A stretch of DNA of 63,909 nt, filler included, from Hyphochytrium catenoides (GCA_900088475.1; 5 parts of 5 records of this genome joined end to end with filler, not necessarily neighbours in it), one strand, 5' to 3'. Counted from the whole stretch's first letter, positions 26,962 through 41,400 are shown. A program made the numbers and translations. Notes: generated from the sequence alone by a model not told the origin.

Positions 26962-27569
26962 TTAACTAGAGTCTGAACTGATACGCGACAAAGCCGAAGA
27001 GTCTCTCCTGCTCGTGTCCCGTCTAGATGACGGGCTTTGAGGTTTCTTGGGGATGTCTTGAGGTCGAATGAATGCTTTCTGGTCTCTGATCACTAGTGGC
27101 AGCGCGGTCAGGCGCTGGAGCCGTTGAGAGTAAGCAGGGTGAAGATAGAGAGTAAGAGAGAAAGGCACGAGAGAGAAAGTGTGAAAATACAGGTGTGAGA
27201 GCGAAGAAAGAGAGAAGGAACAAGGGGGAGATGGAGAAAGAAAGAGGAGAGAGTACGTTAGTTCGCCTAGGCTAGGACAATAACTAAGAGATAGAGCGCA
27301 CTTTGTTAGCGCGTTTAACGACATCTCTCTCTCCCGCTGTCAAGAGTGACTCTTTCTTCTTATCTTCTCTCTCTCTCTCTGTGTGTGTGTTCTCCCCCCA
27401 TCCTCTTCCTCTCCCCCTTTTGCCTACCTTTCCCTTGCAGGGGCCGCGCAGGCACACGCCGGACTTGGGGTCATACTTCGCGCCATGGACCTTGCACTGC
27501 AGATATTTGCCCTCAAAGTCCCAGAAGTCTGCGTCATCCATGTCAAGAGGAAGAGATATGTGCGCGCAT
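26962..27569 (-). CDS. Rieske [2Fe-2S] ferredoxin-domain protein, 5'-partial (runs into assembly gap)
   Basis: Exon CAHISLPLDMDDADFWDFEGKYLQCKVHGAKYDPKSGVCLRGPCKGK has the CxH...CxxH ligands. Last exon RLTALPLVIRDQKAFI...*. Confidence 0.8.
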
Positions 27570-27681
27570 CTACAACCGCCAAACAGGTTGAGAGAGAGGA
27601 GAGACCGCAGAGAGATAAAGGAAAGAGAGAGGCAGGGAAAGAGAGAGAAGAGACAAGAGTGTAGAGGTACGACAGTTAGGG

Positions 27682-27780
27682 NNNNNNNNNNNNNNNNNNN
27701 NNNNNNNNNNNNNNNNNNNNNNNNNTTAATTAATTAANNNNNNNNNNNNNNNNNNNNNNNNNNNNNNNNNNNNNNNNNNN
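27682..27780. other. Artificial contig linker (N run with TTAATTAATTAA); the same linker occurs at ~36817-36915, ~48898-48997 and ~57842-57941
   Basis: An identical all-frame stop 12-mer is centred in the N runs four times. Confidence 0.95.
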
Positions 27781-28127
27781 NAACCTTGAAATAGACGGCG
27801 CTAGAGACACATCACTAAACGTAGTTGGCGACTAAATTCCTAGAATAGCCTAACGAATGTGAGGGAAGGCCCACGGAAGATTTTTCTTTTTGAGTTCCAG
27901 TCCAACGTTTCGTTAATGGCCGTTTCATTAGGGCATAGGATCAGGAGGCAACAGCCCAATAGGCTATAGAGTCAGACTATAGGCGGCGAATGTTTAGCAT
28001 CTGGAGCCGGTTCAGTGTCAAGCCAATGGTTGGTCGACAGAGTGTGGAGTGCACTTCGTTTCAGATCTTTGTCCAGATCTTTTGGATGTGATGAGGGACC
28101 AACAGGGAGAGAGAGAGAGAGAGAGAC

Positions 28128-28170
<43 letters not shown>

Positions 28171-28310
28171 GAAGGAAAGAATAGTAAAGGAGAGGGAGAG
28201 GGAGAGAGAGAGCAGCCACAACGTCAGCGATAACCACAAGACAAGAGTGGAAGCACAGACGCGGCCACTCAACAGTCGCTCCACTGTGACAGATTGGGGA
28301 GAGAGAGAGC

Positions 28311-28347
<37 letters not shown>

Positions 28348-28589
28348 GAGACTCTTACCTTGTCAACGGGCCTTTCCTTGTGCTGCTATACGAGTACTGC
28401 TCAAGTCTCTTTGATGCGGGGCTGTGCTATAAATAGCAGGCTTCACAGGTCTGCATTCATGGCAGGTTGAGTTCCACCAGTGCGCTTGTGGGGCCTGTGC
28501 CACAGGAGAGAGAGATATCTGCACGGAATGAGGCCGTCAGCACTGAACTTATCTGCCTGTCTCGAGACAAGAGACATGAACCACGTCAG

Positions 28590-28960
28590 ATGAAGGATGC
28601 AACGAGAAGAGAAGGGAAAGAGGCGAGGAGAGAGAGACAGTAAAAGGAGGCAAGGAGAAGAGAAGCGAAAGAGGCAGGAGAGAGAGAGACAGTGAAAGGA
28701 TGCAACGAGAAGAGGAGCGAAAGAGGCCAGGAGAGAGAGAGACAGTGAAAGGATGCAACGAGAAGAGGAGCGAAAGAGGCCAGGAGAGAGAGACAGTAAA
28801 AGGAGGCAACGAGAAGAGAAGCTAATAGGCCAGGAGAGAGAGAGACAGTGAAAGGATGCAAGGAGAAGAGAAGCGAAAGAGGCAGGAGAGAGAGACGGTA
28901 AAAGGAGGCAACGAGAAGAGAAGCGAAAGAGGCAGGAGAGAGAGAGACAGTAAAAGGAGA
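28590..28960. repeat. Minisatellite, ~50-bp unit, ~7 copies
   Basis: Repeating gagagagacagt(g/a)aaagga(t/g)gcaa(c/g)gagaagagaagcgaaagaggc(c)ag. Confidence 0.85.
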
Positions 28961-29714
28961 GAGGTGTCGAAGGCCAGCAAATGACGTGAAGTCAGAGAGC
29001 TTGAGGCTGACACGTCAACACTCTGGTCTCTTGTCTTGAGCGGAAGGAGCTCTGTATCATTCTATACTGTTCCACTTTGACATGAAGCAATGTGCAACAG
29101 CAGCAGGGCGCGCGCTTAACCGCCCGCGCAACCGCTTCTTCATTTGCTCCATCCCAGTCATTATTGGGCTGACAGTAGCTTGCGTACAAGGACAATGATG
29201 AGCTTGAGTTCGTCGAGGTGATAATTAAATGAATTGAAGAAGGAAGCACGTCAAACAATCGGTTCTCTCTGCTGCCGATCCCTCTGTAAACTCAGCGTAG
29301 GCGCTAATAACACGCTCTGAACGGCCAATGTCTCAGTAGTGAAGAAGAATCAGGAGAACAATAATAGTCAACTAGATGTCATTTGTTGATCTGTACTGTT
29401 AGGCCGTAGAGGCTGTGCGTAGAGGATGTCACGCCAACCTTTGTAGGTGTGACTTATAGACTAGGACAGTACCGAATGAACTCTCTTCTCTGTCTCATGC
29501 TCTCCTTAGCTTATGCCGCGACAGTATTTCCTTCTCCACTGATGTGTAAGGGCTAAAGGAGCTAGGTCATAAGCGTTCTGGCAGCTTCGTCTTCTCTATC
29601 GTGTCATAGCTTTATCATCGAGTGCTTGCCTATTACTGGCCTTTGCAGAGATAAATATTGGTGCGCTTTTGGGCTCCATAATGATGGCAATTCCTCCTTC
29701 GTCTACGTTCAACC

Positions 29715-32700
29715 TTAGGCACGCGCTTGCAGCCTTCTCAGATCTCTTTCGACCACTTCGTTCGCTGTCGTTCCTCTTGCTTCCTCTCTTTCTCCCCTCT
29801 CTCCCTCTCGGTCCCCTTCCACCTCCCACCCTCTCCCTCGCCCTCTCTATCTTTTTCTCCTTTCGTTGCGCAGCCTGCCGTCGCTCAAGCTCAGTGTGGC
29901 ACCTGGCTGATCGGGAGGATCATCGCCCGCTTTGACTTCTCTCTGGCATATCTCTAAATACCATCGTGGCATCGTTCGACGCCCAAAATAGATGTACACC
30001 AAAGCGCCGCAGTCCGCCGAATTATGGATGAGGCGGGCGGAGGACTGCAGAATTGTTGTGCACAAGCGACGAGGACCCAGAGTAAGCAGACTGAAGAAGA
30101 CGGGGTAGGATGCTTGAGAACTCTGTCGGTCGGTGTCGCCAGCTTCCATCTCACCATGCCCTGCGCAACTTCGCCTGCTCCAGGGCCAGTCGCCTCCTTC
30201 TCTTTTTCTCCTCCTCTTCTACGTTTCCCGAACCGTCTCCTTCCGGGTTCCCTTCTTTCCCTGGCAGAGTGATGCCGTCAAGTAGCGTCTCACGGAAGGC
30301 AGTGGACCGGGCCGTTGGGAGAACTTTGTCTCCCTCCTCTGCTGTTCTGTTTAGTCGAGCAGTGTCCTGCGCTGGCTGAGAAGAGGCAAGAGAAACAGAA
30401 GACGTCGATGAAGGCAAGACTATCCTCTCACGGGCTGAGGATACTGAGACTTCTATTGTCTTCGGAGCGGAAGATGAGGTCTTGAGAACATTAGATGGAG
30501 AGGAGAGCTCTGTCTCCTTTTGCTGACTAGTTCTCTCTCCTTCCTTAGAGGACGCGGAGGAGAGAGGTGGGACCTGCATTACTTTTAGAGGAAGAAGCTG
30601 AGAGACAGTCGTGTCTGGTTGGCTGGGCTTTTCTATAGCGTTTGCTCTGTCTTCTTCTACAGGTTCTCTGTGTGCATCTGTCAGTTCTGCGGCTTCCTTC
30701 TCCCTTTGTGGCCTTAGCCTTCCTTGGACGATAGTCGTGATGCTCGAGTTCTTCCTAGCTCCTCCTCTATTCATGCTCACTAGCGCGTTCTCAAGCTCTT
30801 GTCTCTGGATCTCAGTCCTCGATGGTGAAGAAAGAGACAGGGAAAGGGAACCTTTTCTGCTTTGACTTCCTCCTGGCTGCAGAACGAGGACATCGTTGTC
30901 CTCGCTCTCCTTTCGTGCTTGGTCCCGCTCTGCTTCCGGCTTCTTTGTATATTCAGCTAAGAGCTCTTCAGCGGACGGGATGTGTTTACCTCCTGCTCTC
31001 CTAATTGCCCCAGCCGTAGAAGGTCGCCGTGCAGTCTTTGCCCGAGGAGATAGAGAAGATGAGCACGAAGGAGAGAAAGAGAGTGTTTCTCCTCCCACGT
31101 GGCTATTCTCTTGTGCCAGGCGTTGTGCTTCCTCCCTCTCCCTATAGAAGTCCTGAAGGTATCTAATGCCACGAAAGACAAGAACACACAGAATGAGTTT
31201 GAGTGTGAGTGGAGAAGAAAATGTGAGAGAGATATTGGAAGAGAGAGAGATGTGGCAGGAGAGTGTGCTTTCAGGAAGGGGAAAAAGTCTAGCAGGATCA
31301 GGCAGGCAAGGTAAAAGCTGCGAAAGGCTCAGAAAACAACCTCTCCATACACGAGCCGTAGTACCGGTTCAAGCTGAAGGAGAGAGAAAGTACGGGAGAG
31401 AGAGGCTCTCTTGATATAACAGTGTAGATTTTGAAGGACTATAAGGGGTTAGAATAGGGAGAGCTGTGAGAGAGAGAACGAAAGGAGTGAGACAACTTAC
31501 GGATTGCTTCTCAAAATCTCCTCTTTGTTGACTGGCGCTGACGTTTTCTCTAGGGCGTTGTGATAACTTGCAGCGCCAGGACCTCGGGATCCTGACTGCT
31601 TGAGCAGGAGGATTCTCTTCTGTTGCCAGCGGGAAAAAGGAGATTTGTGAGTCAAAGTGTTAGAGAAGCATCAGAGAGCGACTTGTTGCTAGAGGAATGG
31701 AGAAGAGGCGAGCGAAGAGAAATCAATAGAGAACGGAGAGAAGCTAGATTTAAAGAAGAACGAATGAGAGAGATCGGAAACGGGAAGGAGTTCAGAGAAA
31801 GAAAGAGAGAGAGAGAACGAGAGGGGCGGAGCGAAAGAGAGAGATAGAGCATAGTTGTCTTCGAAAGGATAGAGAGGTTGTACCTCTAGTGATTCTATGT
31901 TAAGGTTTTTCTTCAATATCATTTGCTTTGCCTCCTTCAGGTCTTTCTGTACTTGTGCCAGCTCATCTTGGGCCTTACGTGCCTGCTTCTGACATCTTGG
32001 AACGCCGAAGAGACAAAAGAGAGAGAGCAAAAGAGAAAGAGAGAGAGAGGGATTGCGGGAGGGAGACAAAGAAGCGAGAGAGACACAAAGAAGAAGAGTC
32101 AGGCTAAGCCGAAAGAGAGAGAGAGCAAAAAAAGAGAGAGGTTTCTACATTATAAGCCACGGTAGGAGAGCCAGAAAAACTTTTGCTGAAGAGCGAAGAG
32201 AAAGTTATGTAGAAGAATGAAGAGAGTTGAGCGCCTTACTTTTCTACTTTCTCCTCTGCGCCTTGGAGTTTCTTGGTTGAGACACTGCTCTTCATTGTCT
32301 TCAGTTGCTGTTCAAGTGTCTTCAAGCTCTGGTCGAGACTTGACCTTTCTAGATTGGCCTTTAAACAGAGTGGAAGACTCATGAGAGACATAAAGACAGA
32401 GCTTCGGATTATAGTGAGAGGAAACCAGAAACAAAGAGGCAAGAAGAGCGGGACAGGAAGAGAGGGGCAGCAAGCGGCAAGCAGAGAAAGACCAAAGGAT
32501 GAAAAGAGAATGAGAGAGAGAAGTGAAGAAAGAGAGAGAAGAACAATGGAGGGAGAGAGAGTGTGATGAGGATGGAGTTAGTGGACCGGGTCCGTGTGAG
32601 AAAACCTACCTTGTCCATCATAAAGGCGTGTTTCTTTATCTGCTCCTGCTGCTGCTGATAAATTTGCTGGAACTTGTTCCTTTCTTGCTCATGGAGGGCC

Positions 32701-35609
32701 GTCAGCTTAATGATCTCTGCCTGCAGACGAGGAATCTACCAGACAGAGATCGCTTTTAGACGAATTGGTGCACAGAAATCAAGCAGACAGAATAAGAAAG
32801 AGGGAGGGGAGAGAGAGAGAGAGAGAGAGAGAGTAAGAGAGACGGAGTCAGAAAAGACAAGGCTGGAGATAACATAAGAGAGAAGGCACACATCTCCGCA
32901 CTCGCGGACGAAGCTTTTTACCTTGATAACTTCCTCTTCCTTGCTCTTCAGGAATTCATCCCGTTGTCTGATCTGCAGTTCCCACGAGAAGAAAGACAGA
33001 AAACAAGAGACTCAGGCGACGAAAGAGGATGAGAAGGAGTTGAGGGAACGATGGCTGAGATTCCCTTGAATCTCTCATGGACTCTCTCTCTCTCTCGCCT
33101 GATGTCTTCTTCCCTCTTTCAAACTCTTCTCCTCCGCGAGCGATAGAGTAAGGTGTCGTGGCTCTCACCTTGCTCTCTAGCTCGTCTCTCTCTCTCAGGC
33201 TCTCCTTCAGTTGTTTCCTTAGGTCTTCAAGGAGAGACGAGGTGTCTTCTATCATCTCCCCACTGCTCTTCGCGATAGCGTCTTTCTGTTTCCTCCCTTC
33301 CTCAAGCTCTCTCAGAGCCTCTTCTCTCTGGTTCATTAGCTGCCTCTTATCAATCTCACTCTCTCTTAGCTTCTGCTCAAGGAGAACTACGCGACTGAAG
33401 GCGAGAAGGGTTAGGTCAAAGCAGCGAGAAGAAAGGTTAGTTGTGCAATCAGATCAAGAGAGAAAGGGAGAGAAAGAAAGCGAGAGAGAGGAGAGAGAGA
33501 ACAAGAGAGAGACAAGAGAAAAGAGAAAAAGCGAAAGCGAACTTGGAAAAGGAGAGAGAAAACGAGGAAGAGAGGACAAAAAAGGTAGACAGGAGCGAGC
33601 GACGTGTCAATAAAGCAGTGAAGGGTTGAGGAACATTATTCTCAATCATTTCTGCTTCTCTCTCTCTTCCCTCTTTCGAATCTCTTCTCTCTTAGCGAGC
33701 TTCATCGCTCCTACCTTTCTTGGGCTGTCTGGGACTTTTCTATGAGATATCGAAGATCTTTTTCAAAGGACTATGTTGGGAAGCAAGAGAAAGGTGTGTG
33801 AGGTTGGATGAAGAGGGAGAAACCGCAAGGTTAGGAAAGAGTAAGGGGAAGAAGAAAATGGCACCAGTAGCAGGTTCAGAGAGCTAGATGGGCAACAGAG
33901 AAGAGTGAAAGAGAGGAAAAGCAAGCTGCGCCAGAAGAGGGAACAATATGAAGATCTAGGTCGATGGCCATAGAGTGAGAAAAAACAGCTGCTGGAGAGG
34001 GCAGGATGAGGAGGAGAAGGGGAGAGAGACCGAACAAGCAGAAGACTATGGGACAACAAGAGGCAAACTTATTTCACCTCTTTAGCCATGAAAATGACTC
34101 TAATGTTAGCCCTGAGCATTTCCAAGAGAACGAGAGGGTCGCCCCGGCACCGCTCGTGGGCCTCATGACGCTGACGTTCGAGCTGGCCCACCTGCCCATA
34201 GGCGCTGCCAGAGCTGTATCGTTCCTTATAGAGTAAGATAGGGTTGTTGACGAAAGAAGGATCACAAAGAGAAGGAAGAGAAAGAGTGATTAGTGGATGC
34301 GAGGGTGCGCAGAGAAGACTCCTAGGAATGTATATATCACAGAGAGAGAGAAAGAGAGAGAGAGAAAGGAGAGATAAAGAGAGAGAGAGAGTAAGCGAGA
34401 GAAAGAGACAGAGAGAGAAGAGAAAGTAAGAGAGAGAAAGAAAGAGAAGAGGACATACAGGAAAAGATAAAACTGAAGAAAGTCAGAGGAGATGCCATTC
34501 AGCAAGCCAAAGGAAGAGCAAGAGATAATGAGGAGGAAAGATGACGATTAAGGAACTGGGTTGTGGGAGATACCTGGACTTCGATGTGCAAATCTAAAAT
34601 GCTCGATTCTATCCTTGTCAGCCGCTTCAAGCGCTCATGCATGGCACTCATCCTATCAGATAGCTGGCAAGTGGCAGAGACGGAGAGATATAAGTTTTGA
34701 TAGTCGAAGAGATTGGGCAGAGAAGAGAGAGGAAAGAGAGAGAGAAAAAGAGTGCAGAGGCTGCAAGAGAGCGAGCGAGCAAGCTAGAGAGAAAGACGGA
34801 CCAAACAACAGGGAGAGAAAGGGACAGACAGACAGGGGCATACAGACAGAAGCACAGAAAGCATGGACGAGAAGCGGCATAGGGAGACTACACTATGACG
34901 TGAGGGAAGTCGGAGAACAGAAGGCATTGAAAGGCCACGGCAGTATAGGGAAAGGAAGGATTAAAGGCTAAGAAAGGAAGCAGGTACAATGGAAGCGAGA
35001 TGAAATGAAAGAGACAACTGATCAAGCCGCAGGAGAAGTGATCAAGCCGCAGGAGAAGTGATCAAGGGTAAGAAACCAGTACTTAGAGGTACAGGATAAA
35101 GAAGCCATCCGTGAGAGAAGGTAGTGAGAAAGAGACAAAGCGGAGAGAGTGAGAGAGAGAGAGAAAGCAAAGAAAGAGCAGAAAAGGTAGACTACAGAGA
35201 AGATCCGCAAACTTTAGTGCGTCAGGTAGATACAGAAAAAGTAGAGAGCGGGAGGAAAAAAAAGAAAGAAAGAGAGGGAGAGAGGGAAAACGAGTGAGAT
35301 TATAGAGAGGGGGGAAGACAGAGAGAGAGACAGAGAGAGAGAGACAGAGAGAGAGAGAAGGACATGGGAAGCTCCGTCCCTCCTTCCCTTCACCTGCTGG
35401 TTCTTCGCCTCCAGCTCCTTGACATAGCTACACTTCCCATCGCAGAAAGCGCCGAGTGAGGAAGGATGCTTCCTTCCGCTCCTCGGCTCAGCTACCACAC
35501 TGGGGCTGGGTCCAGCGCTCATGGTGTCCAGTGGCAGCTTCAGAGGGAGAAGCCCTAAGGCGGGGCCTTTGCTGCCGTCGACGCTCTCCAACAGAAGAGA
35601 TTCAGACAT
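29715..35609 (-). CDS. Large coiled-coil protein of unknown function, many exons, CT-microsatellite introns
   Basis: Heptad-rich exon ORFs (YVKELEAKNQQ; NQREEALRELEEGRKQK...LLEDLRKQLKESLRERDELESK; ANLERSSLDQSLKTLEQQLK; QDELAQVQKDLKEAK) bounded by GT-AG, and a 315-aa low-complexity exon at 30151-31098. Both ends are approximate. Confidence 0.6.
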
Positions 35610-36093
35610 CCTTCCTGCAGCTTCTCTCTCTTCTATGCCTCTCTCTCCCTTCTGTTTCTCTCCCAATCCACCATCGGAGCTAGTGCCAAGTCTCAGCTGT
35701 TCAGCAATCAGGGGGGAGGAGTTGCGAGAGGGAGCAATCAGTGTTTAGCTGGAGAAAGGCCTAGCGTTGTCAGAAGAATGAGGCGGCAGTAGTAAGGAGA
35801 GAACTTATATGGCGCCAGCAGATGGAGACAGACTAGGCAGAAGGTGCGTAGAAAGCTTTTGCTTTCTTGATAACGAGGTGCCTCAAGTGCCGATCGAGGC
35901 CCGAACTGTCGAGCAGCGACGGAAGAGTAAGACAGAGCAGCCAGAAGCGGCAGCTAAGAAGCGAGGACCCACATAAAGAGGCAGGCCAGCATGTGCTGCG
36001 AGATGAGGAAGAGACAAACGAGAGACAAAGGGAGAAGATAGAAAGTCTTGTGAGCACTTGTGTGGCTGCTGGGAGTGAGTGAGTGAGAGAGAG

Positions 36094-36184
<91 letters not shown>

Positions 36185-37019
36185 GGCACGTCAAGTCCCT
36201 TCACTAAAAGCAGTAAGAAGGGGAACGGAGCAGCAGCAGCCATTGCCTCCTACAATCCCTGCAGTAACGACCAATCAGTACGCTAACGGCCATCTCTACG
36301 ATCCATCTACCTAGTAAAAGTATGGCTTATCTACCCAGTCGAAAAACCAAACTATTTATTACAGCGACATCATCGTTGAAATGGTCGATGATGCCGCAGT
36401 GCATCGCGCCCTTCTTCTCTTGCCTCTGCTCTGGTCATCTCCTCAGCAGTCTCTCTCTCTTCGATCTCTAGGAACGGTGCCCATAGACCAGCCTGGAAGC
36501 TGTCACTCTTGTCCGTCACGCTCGCTCAACTTTCCTCTTCTCTGGACGGTCGTATACGACCTCGGTCCTTCGTCTCTACTTGGGCTGCCCCTCGTCTAAC
36601 GACCTAGGAACGCTCGAGCTAACAGTCACGGTGACGGAAGAGACCTTTTCCCGACCTCGCCTGCCATTCTTTCGCGCTTTGGTAGAGTCAGTAGCTCCAC
36701 AGGTAAGAAGCTTATAGAAACTCGCTTAAAGCATCGGTGAAGGACTTTCAACCATTACGCTAGAGGGATAGCGGTGCTTGACAAGGCTGACTATCTCCTC
36801 GCAGGCTGGTTATTTGNNNNNNNNNNNNNNNNNNNNNNNNNNNNNNNNNNNNNNNNNNNNTTAATTAATTAANNNNNNNNNNNNNNNNNNNNNNNNNNNN
36901 NNNNNNNNNNNNNNNNGCCAGCGGCAAACTCGATTTCACCAACTTAAAGCTATACAATGGTTTGGTTGCTTCTGACCCCAACAGCGCTCCCCAAGCAGCA
37001 GTGATGACAACCTCTGTCC

Positions 37020-38460
37020 CGTCTACTGGGGTTGGAGAACAGCTGCTTACACCCGCCATTTCTGAGAGTCAGGTTTTACAAGGGAATTCGACAGAAGTAA
37101 GATCACCGGGGACGGATGCTCCTTCTCCTTCTCCACAGGAAGGTCAGCTTCAAAGGCAACGATCTTTGCGCTTTTAAGTTGGAACATTTATAAAAAGGCA
37201 GCTTTTTCAATAGAGAGAGTTCTCTCGCAACCTAGCCTGACAAAAGAGTAGTGGCGTGCTTCTGCTTGAATAGATGGTAAAAATATATCTCTTTGCCAAG
37301 GTTATCATCACTGAGTGTTCTCAACTTCTTGCTGACTCTCCTCGTTTAACGTTTGTCTTCCATCATTGTGTGCCAGCTTCTCTGTGTAAATATTCTATTC
37401 TCACTACTGGATTTAAAATGTCCTTGAAGTCGTCCTGCCTGGTGTCTATCGTATCCGCTTCTCCATTTGTCCGCTGATCACATCAGTGTTGTTGTTATCT
37501 CTTTTATAAAGATAAAGATTGGTGTATGGGTGATGAGGCCTCCACCGGGGTTATATGAACGGCATCGCCTCAGTAAGTCCGCCCTCTAGTCACCATTTGT
37601 CCTGGCTGTGAGGAAGCCAGTAGGAGTGGATTCGATCATCACCTGCTGCTAGGCTAGGCTCTTCTTCTCTTTCTTGCCTTTTGAGGCTCCTTGCTAGTGA
37701 ATGATGGTTGTTGTAGTGGTCTAAAATACCCTGATGGACCAACCTTCGCCGTGCAATAAGTCTAAGCCGCCGGTTTGGTCGTCGCAGCACTATATGTACA
37801 CACACACTGACTGAATGTGCTTCTTCAGCATGTACGTACTCCACTCACCGATGTGCTGCTTCAGCTAACAGGACAGATTCATTTACGCCACTATTCTGGG
37901 GAAGACGGGGCTGAGTGTGGCGGAGGCCAGTTTTACTGCGACGTGGTCTGAGTGACCTCTCCTCGCCCTTGTTTACCATTGGCAGATAGTTCCGTGCCCA
38001 AAACTTGAGCAATTGACTGGCATTATTATTGGGGGCTCAGGCCGATATTTTCCATAAGATAACACCGCGAGGCACCGGCTAACAGGGAAAGTGAATGTTG
38101 AATCTGAAGGTTGTTCTCTCTCCGCAAACCTCGTACCTCTGCCAGGGACCGTCTCACCCCATCACCGTCAATGTTGGTTACCGAGATCAACCGGGCCAGC
38201 GGTAAGCTTGAATCTAAGGCTTACAGTCGCTGGTTGGTGGGTCCTGAGCCGAGCAGCACCACCCACCAACAACCACCGCAACCTCTTCCCTGTCTAAATG
38301 TGGTTGGAGAACAGCTGCTTAGACCTGCCACTTCTGAGAGTCAGACGCTGGAAGAGACTTCCGCAGAGGTACGCGCTCCGTGAACTGAAGCCACGCCGAT
38401 TCGCAGCCGGAGGAGAGGAGTCAACTTCAAATGCAACGATCCTTCTATGCGCCTTTAAAA
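37020..38460 (+). repeat. Local diverged duplication (~37020-37180 and ~38295-38460)
   Basis: ggttggagaacagctgctta.acc.gcca.ttctgagagtcag and gtca.cttcaaa.gcaacgatc.tt are shared. Confidence 0.7.
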
Positions 38461-41400
38461 GGCAATAGTTTGGAAAAGGAGTTCCCTGGCGACATGGTGG
38501 CCTCATCATCAATTCGCACTGCCTTGCTTTCCGTACGCGGTAGTAATATGTATCTCTTGCTGCCAGTCTACCTTAAAACCTCGTTGAGATTTTGAGTTCA
38601 CTCTTCTCTTACCAGTTCTACATCTTCCACTACCCTGTCATCCGAACGTGTTCACTGCTGCGGTCAAGCTTAGATGGGCTGCGGGTTCCTATCTTCTTTT
38701 CGTGGTTAGCTTTCTCTCTTTTCCAGTCACCAACAACCAAAGACTTTTATAATGGTCTTTTCATAATTGTTGGTCTTTTCATAATTGTTGGGGAGAACTT
38801 GACAGACTTTCTTTGAAGCCAGAAGAAGGATGTCCCAGCAGCCTTGCTTGAGAACAAGGTAGAGTTTCGACCCTTCTTCAGCAGCAGCTGTTCCGGAGAC
38901 CATCCCAGAAGCAAACGGCCGTCGCCGCGATTTGACCACCATCCTCTCGCCCTAGTGCTCACCGGATTTATGATGAGCTAGTCCCTGGCCATGATGCCAA
39001 TGGCTCTTTTTTCTTTTCTTGAGTGACGTCAATTTTGAAACTCGATAGTTGGGCACTTTTGATGATGTCAGTACTAGATGCCAGACTAGATATCCAGTAA
39101 TTGTAGGATCTGCTTCACCATCAGAATATGAATAGTAGCGACGAGGCGAGCATCCTGATAGCCAAAATCAATATTTCTCAATCAACGCTCAACAACAACA
39201 TGCCAGACTTCAAAGACCAACAACCGATACCAAACGTCACAGTAGGTAAAGTATGCGGAGGAGGGGATATTAATATTCCTGGCGCGTCAGAGGATGAGCT
39301 GACCTCACTCTTCACTCCCAGCTTAGTAGTTAGTGAGTTAGGCAACCGTTACTACTCATGGGCCAAGATCCTCCTCGCGCTTGACCCGCCAGGCGGCAAG
39401 GAAAGCTCCCAGACCAGTAACATCAGGAGCCACTTTATTCCCCAGCCAGAGGCTTGGTTACACATACTTGCGCTTGTCACGTCATCCAGTGACCAGCAGA
39501 ATGGATTGATGCGAAAAAGAGGATGATGGCGGTTCCTTTGCAGGCTACAGCTAGACAGGGCTCCATCATTGCCACCATCATCATTCGCGTGGTGCAAGTC
39601 ATGATGTGCCTGTTAATAATGGTTAGATTGCTATCCACGAGCTGACTACCGATTCGACCTCTTACGTCTAGAGAAATAGTCGCATCATCCATCACATTGG
39701 TGGTGTTAGTTGTTGTTGCTCATCAGTCACTCTTACAGCCATTGGGGTCTTTGGCTCGTGAAAGAGCACTGCTTACATAGATCCCTGGGCTGGTGGTGTC
39801 AGCTACATTAGGTGCTGGTGCAGCTGCTGCTGGACAACTAGTTGGCTCGTCATTCAAGAATGATTATTAACTGGCTGGCAGCAGGTGAAGAAGTCGTAAC
39901 CAGCAAGACAACTAATTAATCCTTGGGCGTAGTTTAATAAATAGTTGAGTTCACTTGCCTTGGTCAGATCGCTTTGTCGCAGAAGCGCCGTTTTTCAAGT
40001 CGGGAGGCCCCAGGCAGCAGCCAGATCCGAGACTGTTGCACGCCACACCAATCCGCCAATTGCACATCAAGGATGCAAAAGAATGTGCTGCTTCGATGAA
40101 GCCTCGAAAACTGTGCCTGGAAACGCCGAGTAGCCAGGAGGGGATTGTTACCCCTTCTTGCATAAAGTGTAAGTAGTATGTACTCTTCATCTCTACCTCT
40201 CTGCTGGAGCCGTTGTCCGTTTCCACTTCTCCCTCTTCTCCTCTCCTGCTCGTCTCTCTTCTACTCAACAATGCTTCTTTAGTTCCTCTCCTCCTCTGGA
40301 TGCTAGGAGATTGTACTCATTCTCCACTAGCCCGCAAAGGCAAGCAACTATACTCTTCTCTCCTCTCCCTTTGTATCCGCTAGTTCCGTAGTAACCTTTC
40401 TTCAAATTCTTAAGCGCTCTGCTGCCCACACTAAACGCTCTTCTTCCGGTTGTTGGACTCCACGTGACCTCTTTCTTCTAGGGTATTGCAAACAGAATGG
40501 TGACAGAATCCTTCTGTCAATTACAACCAAGAAAATTCATAAGGGCAGAGTAGAATAATAATTCAGCGGACTCTTTAGCGCTCAGTGGTCCCAGCTCCTA
40601 TAACGTCGATTATCAACCTCTCGCCATCATCTATCTAGGTTGGATGCAAGGCAACCGGCGGTGCTTGTTGCTGGTATTATCGGATTCTTGCTCCAGACTC
40701 TTTCTTCTTCGGTGGTCCCATTAGATAGGCTCCGCTAGCAAGCTCAGAGTAGATGCCAAAACACTTTTGGGCAGCCCAGTCCATGTTATTAGTCAGAGCT
40801 CCAGATTATTACAGAGTCAGAATCTTCGAACGCCGCCCTGTCATAGTCTATCCTCAGCGTCTGTCCGACGTCATAGTAGGAAGCACGGCCTCATCAGCTT
40901 CTTGGCCTTGGATCACTACACTGTCGTCTCAGCATCGAATCTAATGATCGAAGGTCACTGGAGGAATGGCCTAAACTTCCTAAGGATACGTTGTAGAGCC
41001 TCAAATATTCAATGCTACTCCGTATGTGCTTATAAAAAAAGATTGGAGGTCTGCCGATCAAAGGAAACCTCTTCAATGTGGTGCACGCTTTGTTATCTTA
41101 TGATCTTTCATTGTCTTGGGAAAGTATCACGGATCGTGAGCAAAAGCCATCAATGTCAGCCAATTTTCCAGATTTATGACAGAGAGTAAATATTCTATTC
41201 TCCAATGGTGTAAATTTGTAATCTCGTCAACACGTTGACAGCGTTCCGTTAGATCTCACTTAAAAATGGCTTATTTGACATAATTGAAGTCCCACGTCGC
41301 CTCTTTTCCCAACTTTTGGAAGGGGAGGACATGACCATGAGACCACCCGACAGCAAGAGCACTCAGGATGACTACTTGCTGCAGGGAGGCGGGGCAGATG

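Noticed and set aside
27682-27780. Repeated TTAATTAATTAA palindrome (four occurrences)
   Set aside because: Always centred in N runs: an artificial all-frame-stop linker. Adjacency across these joins is not biological evidence.
28016-28480. 5' exons of the Rieske gene
   Set aside because: Lies across an artificial linker on another contig and shows no Rieske-like sequence.
28590-28960. CRISPR-like array
   Set aside because: Head-to-tail degenerate units without unique spacers, eukaryotic context and no cas genes: a minisatellite.
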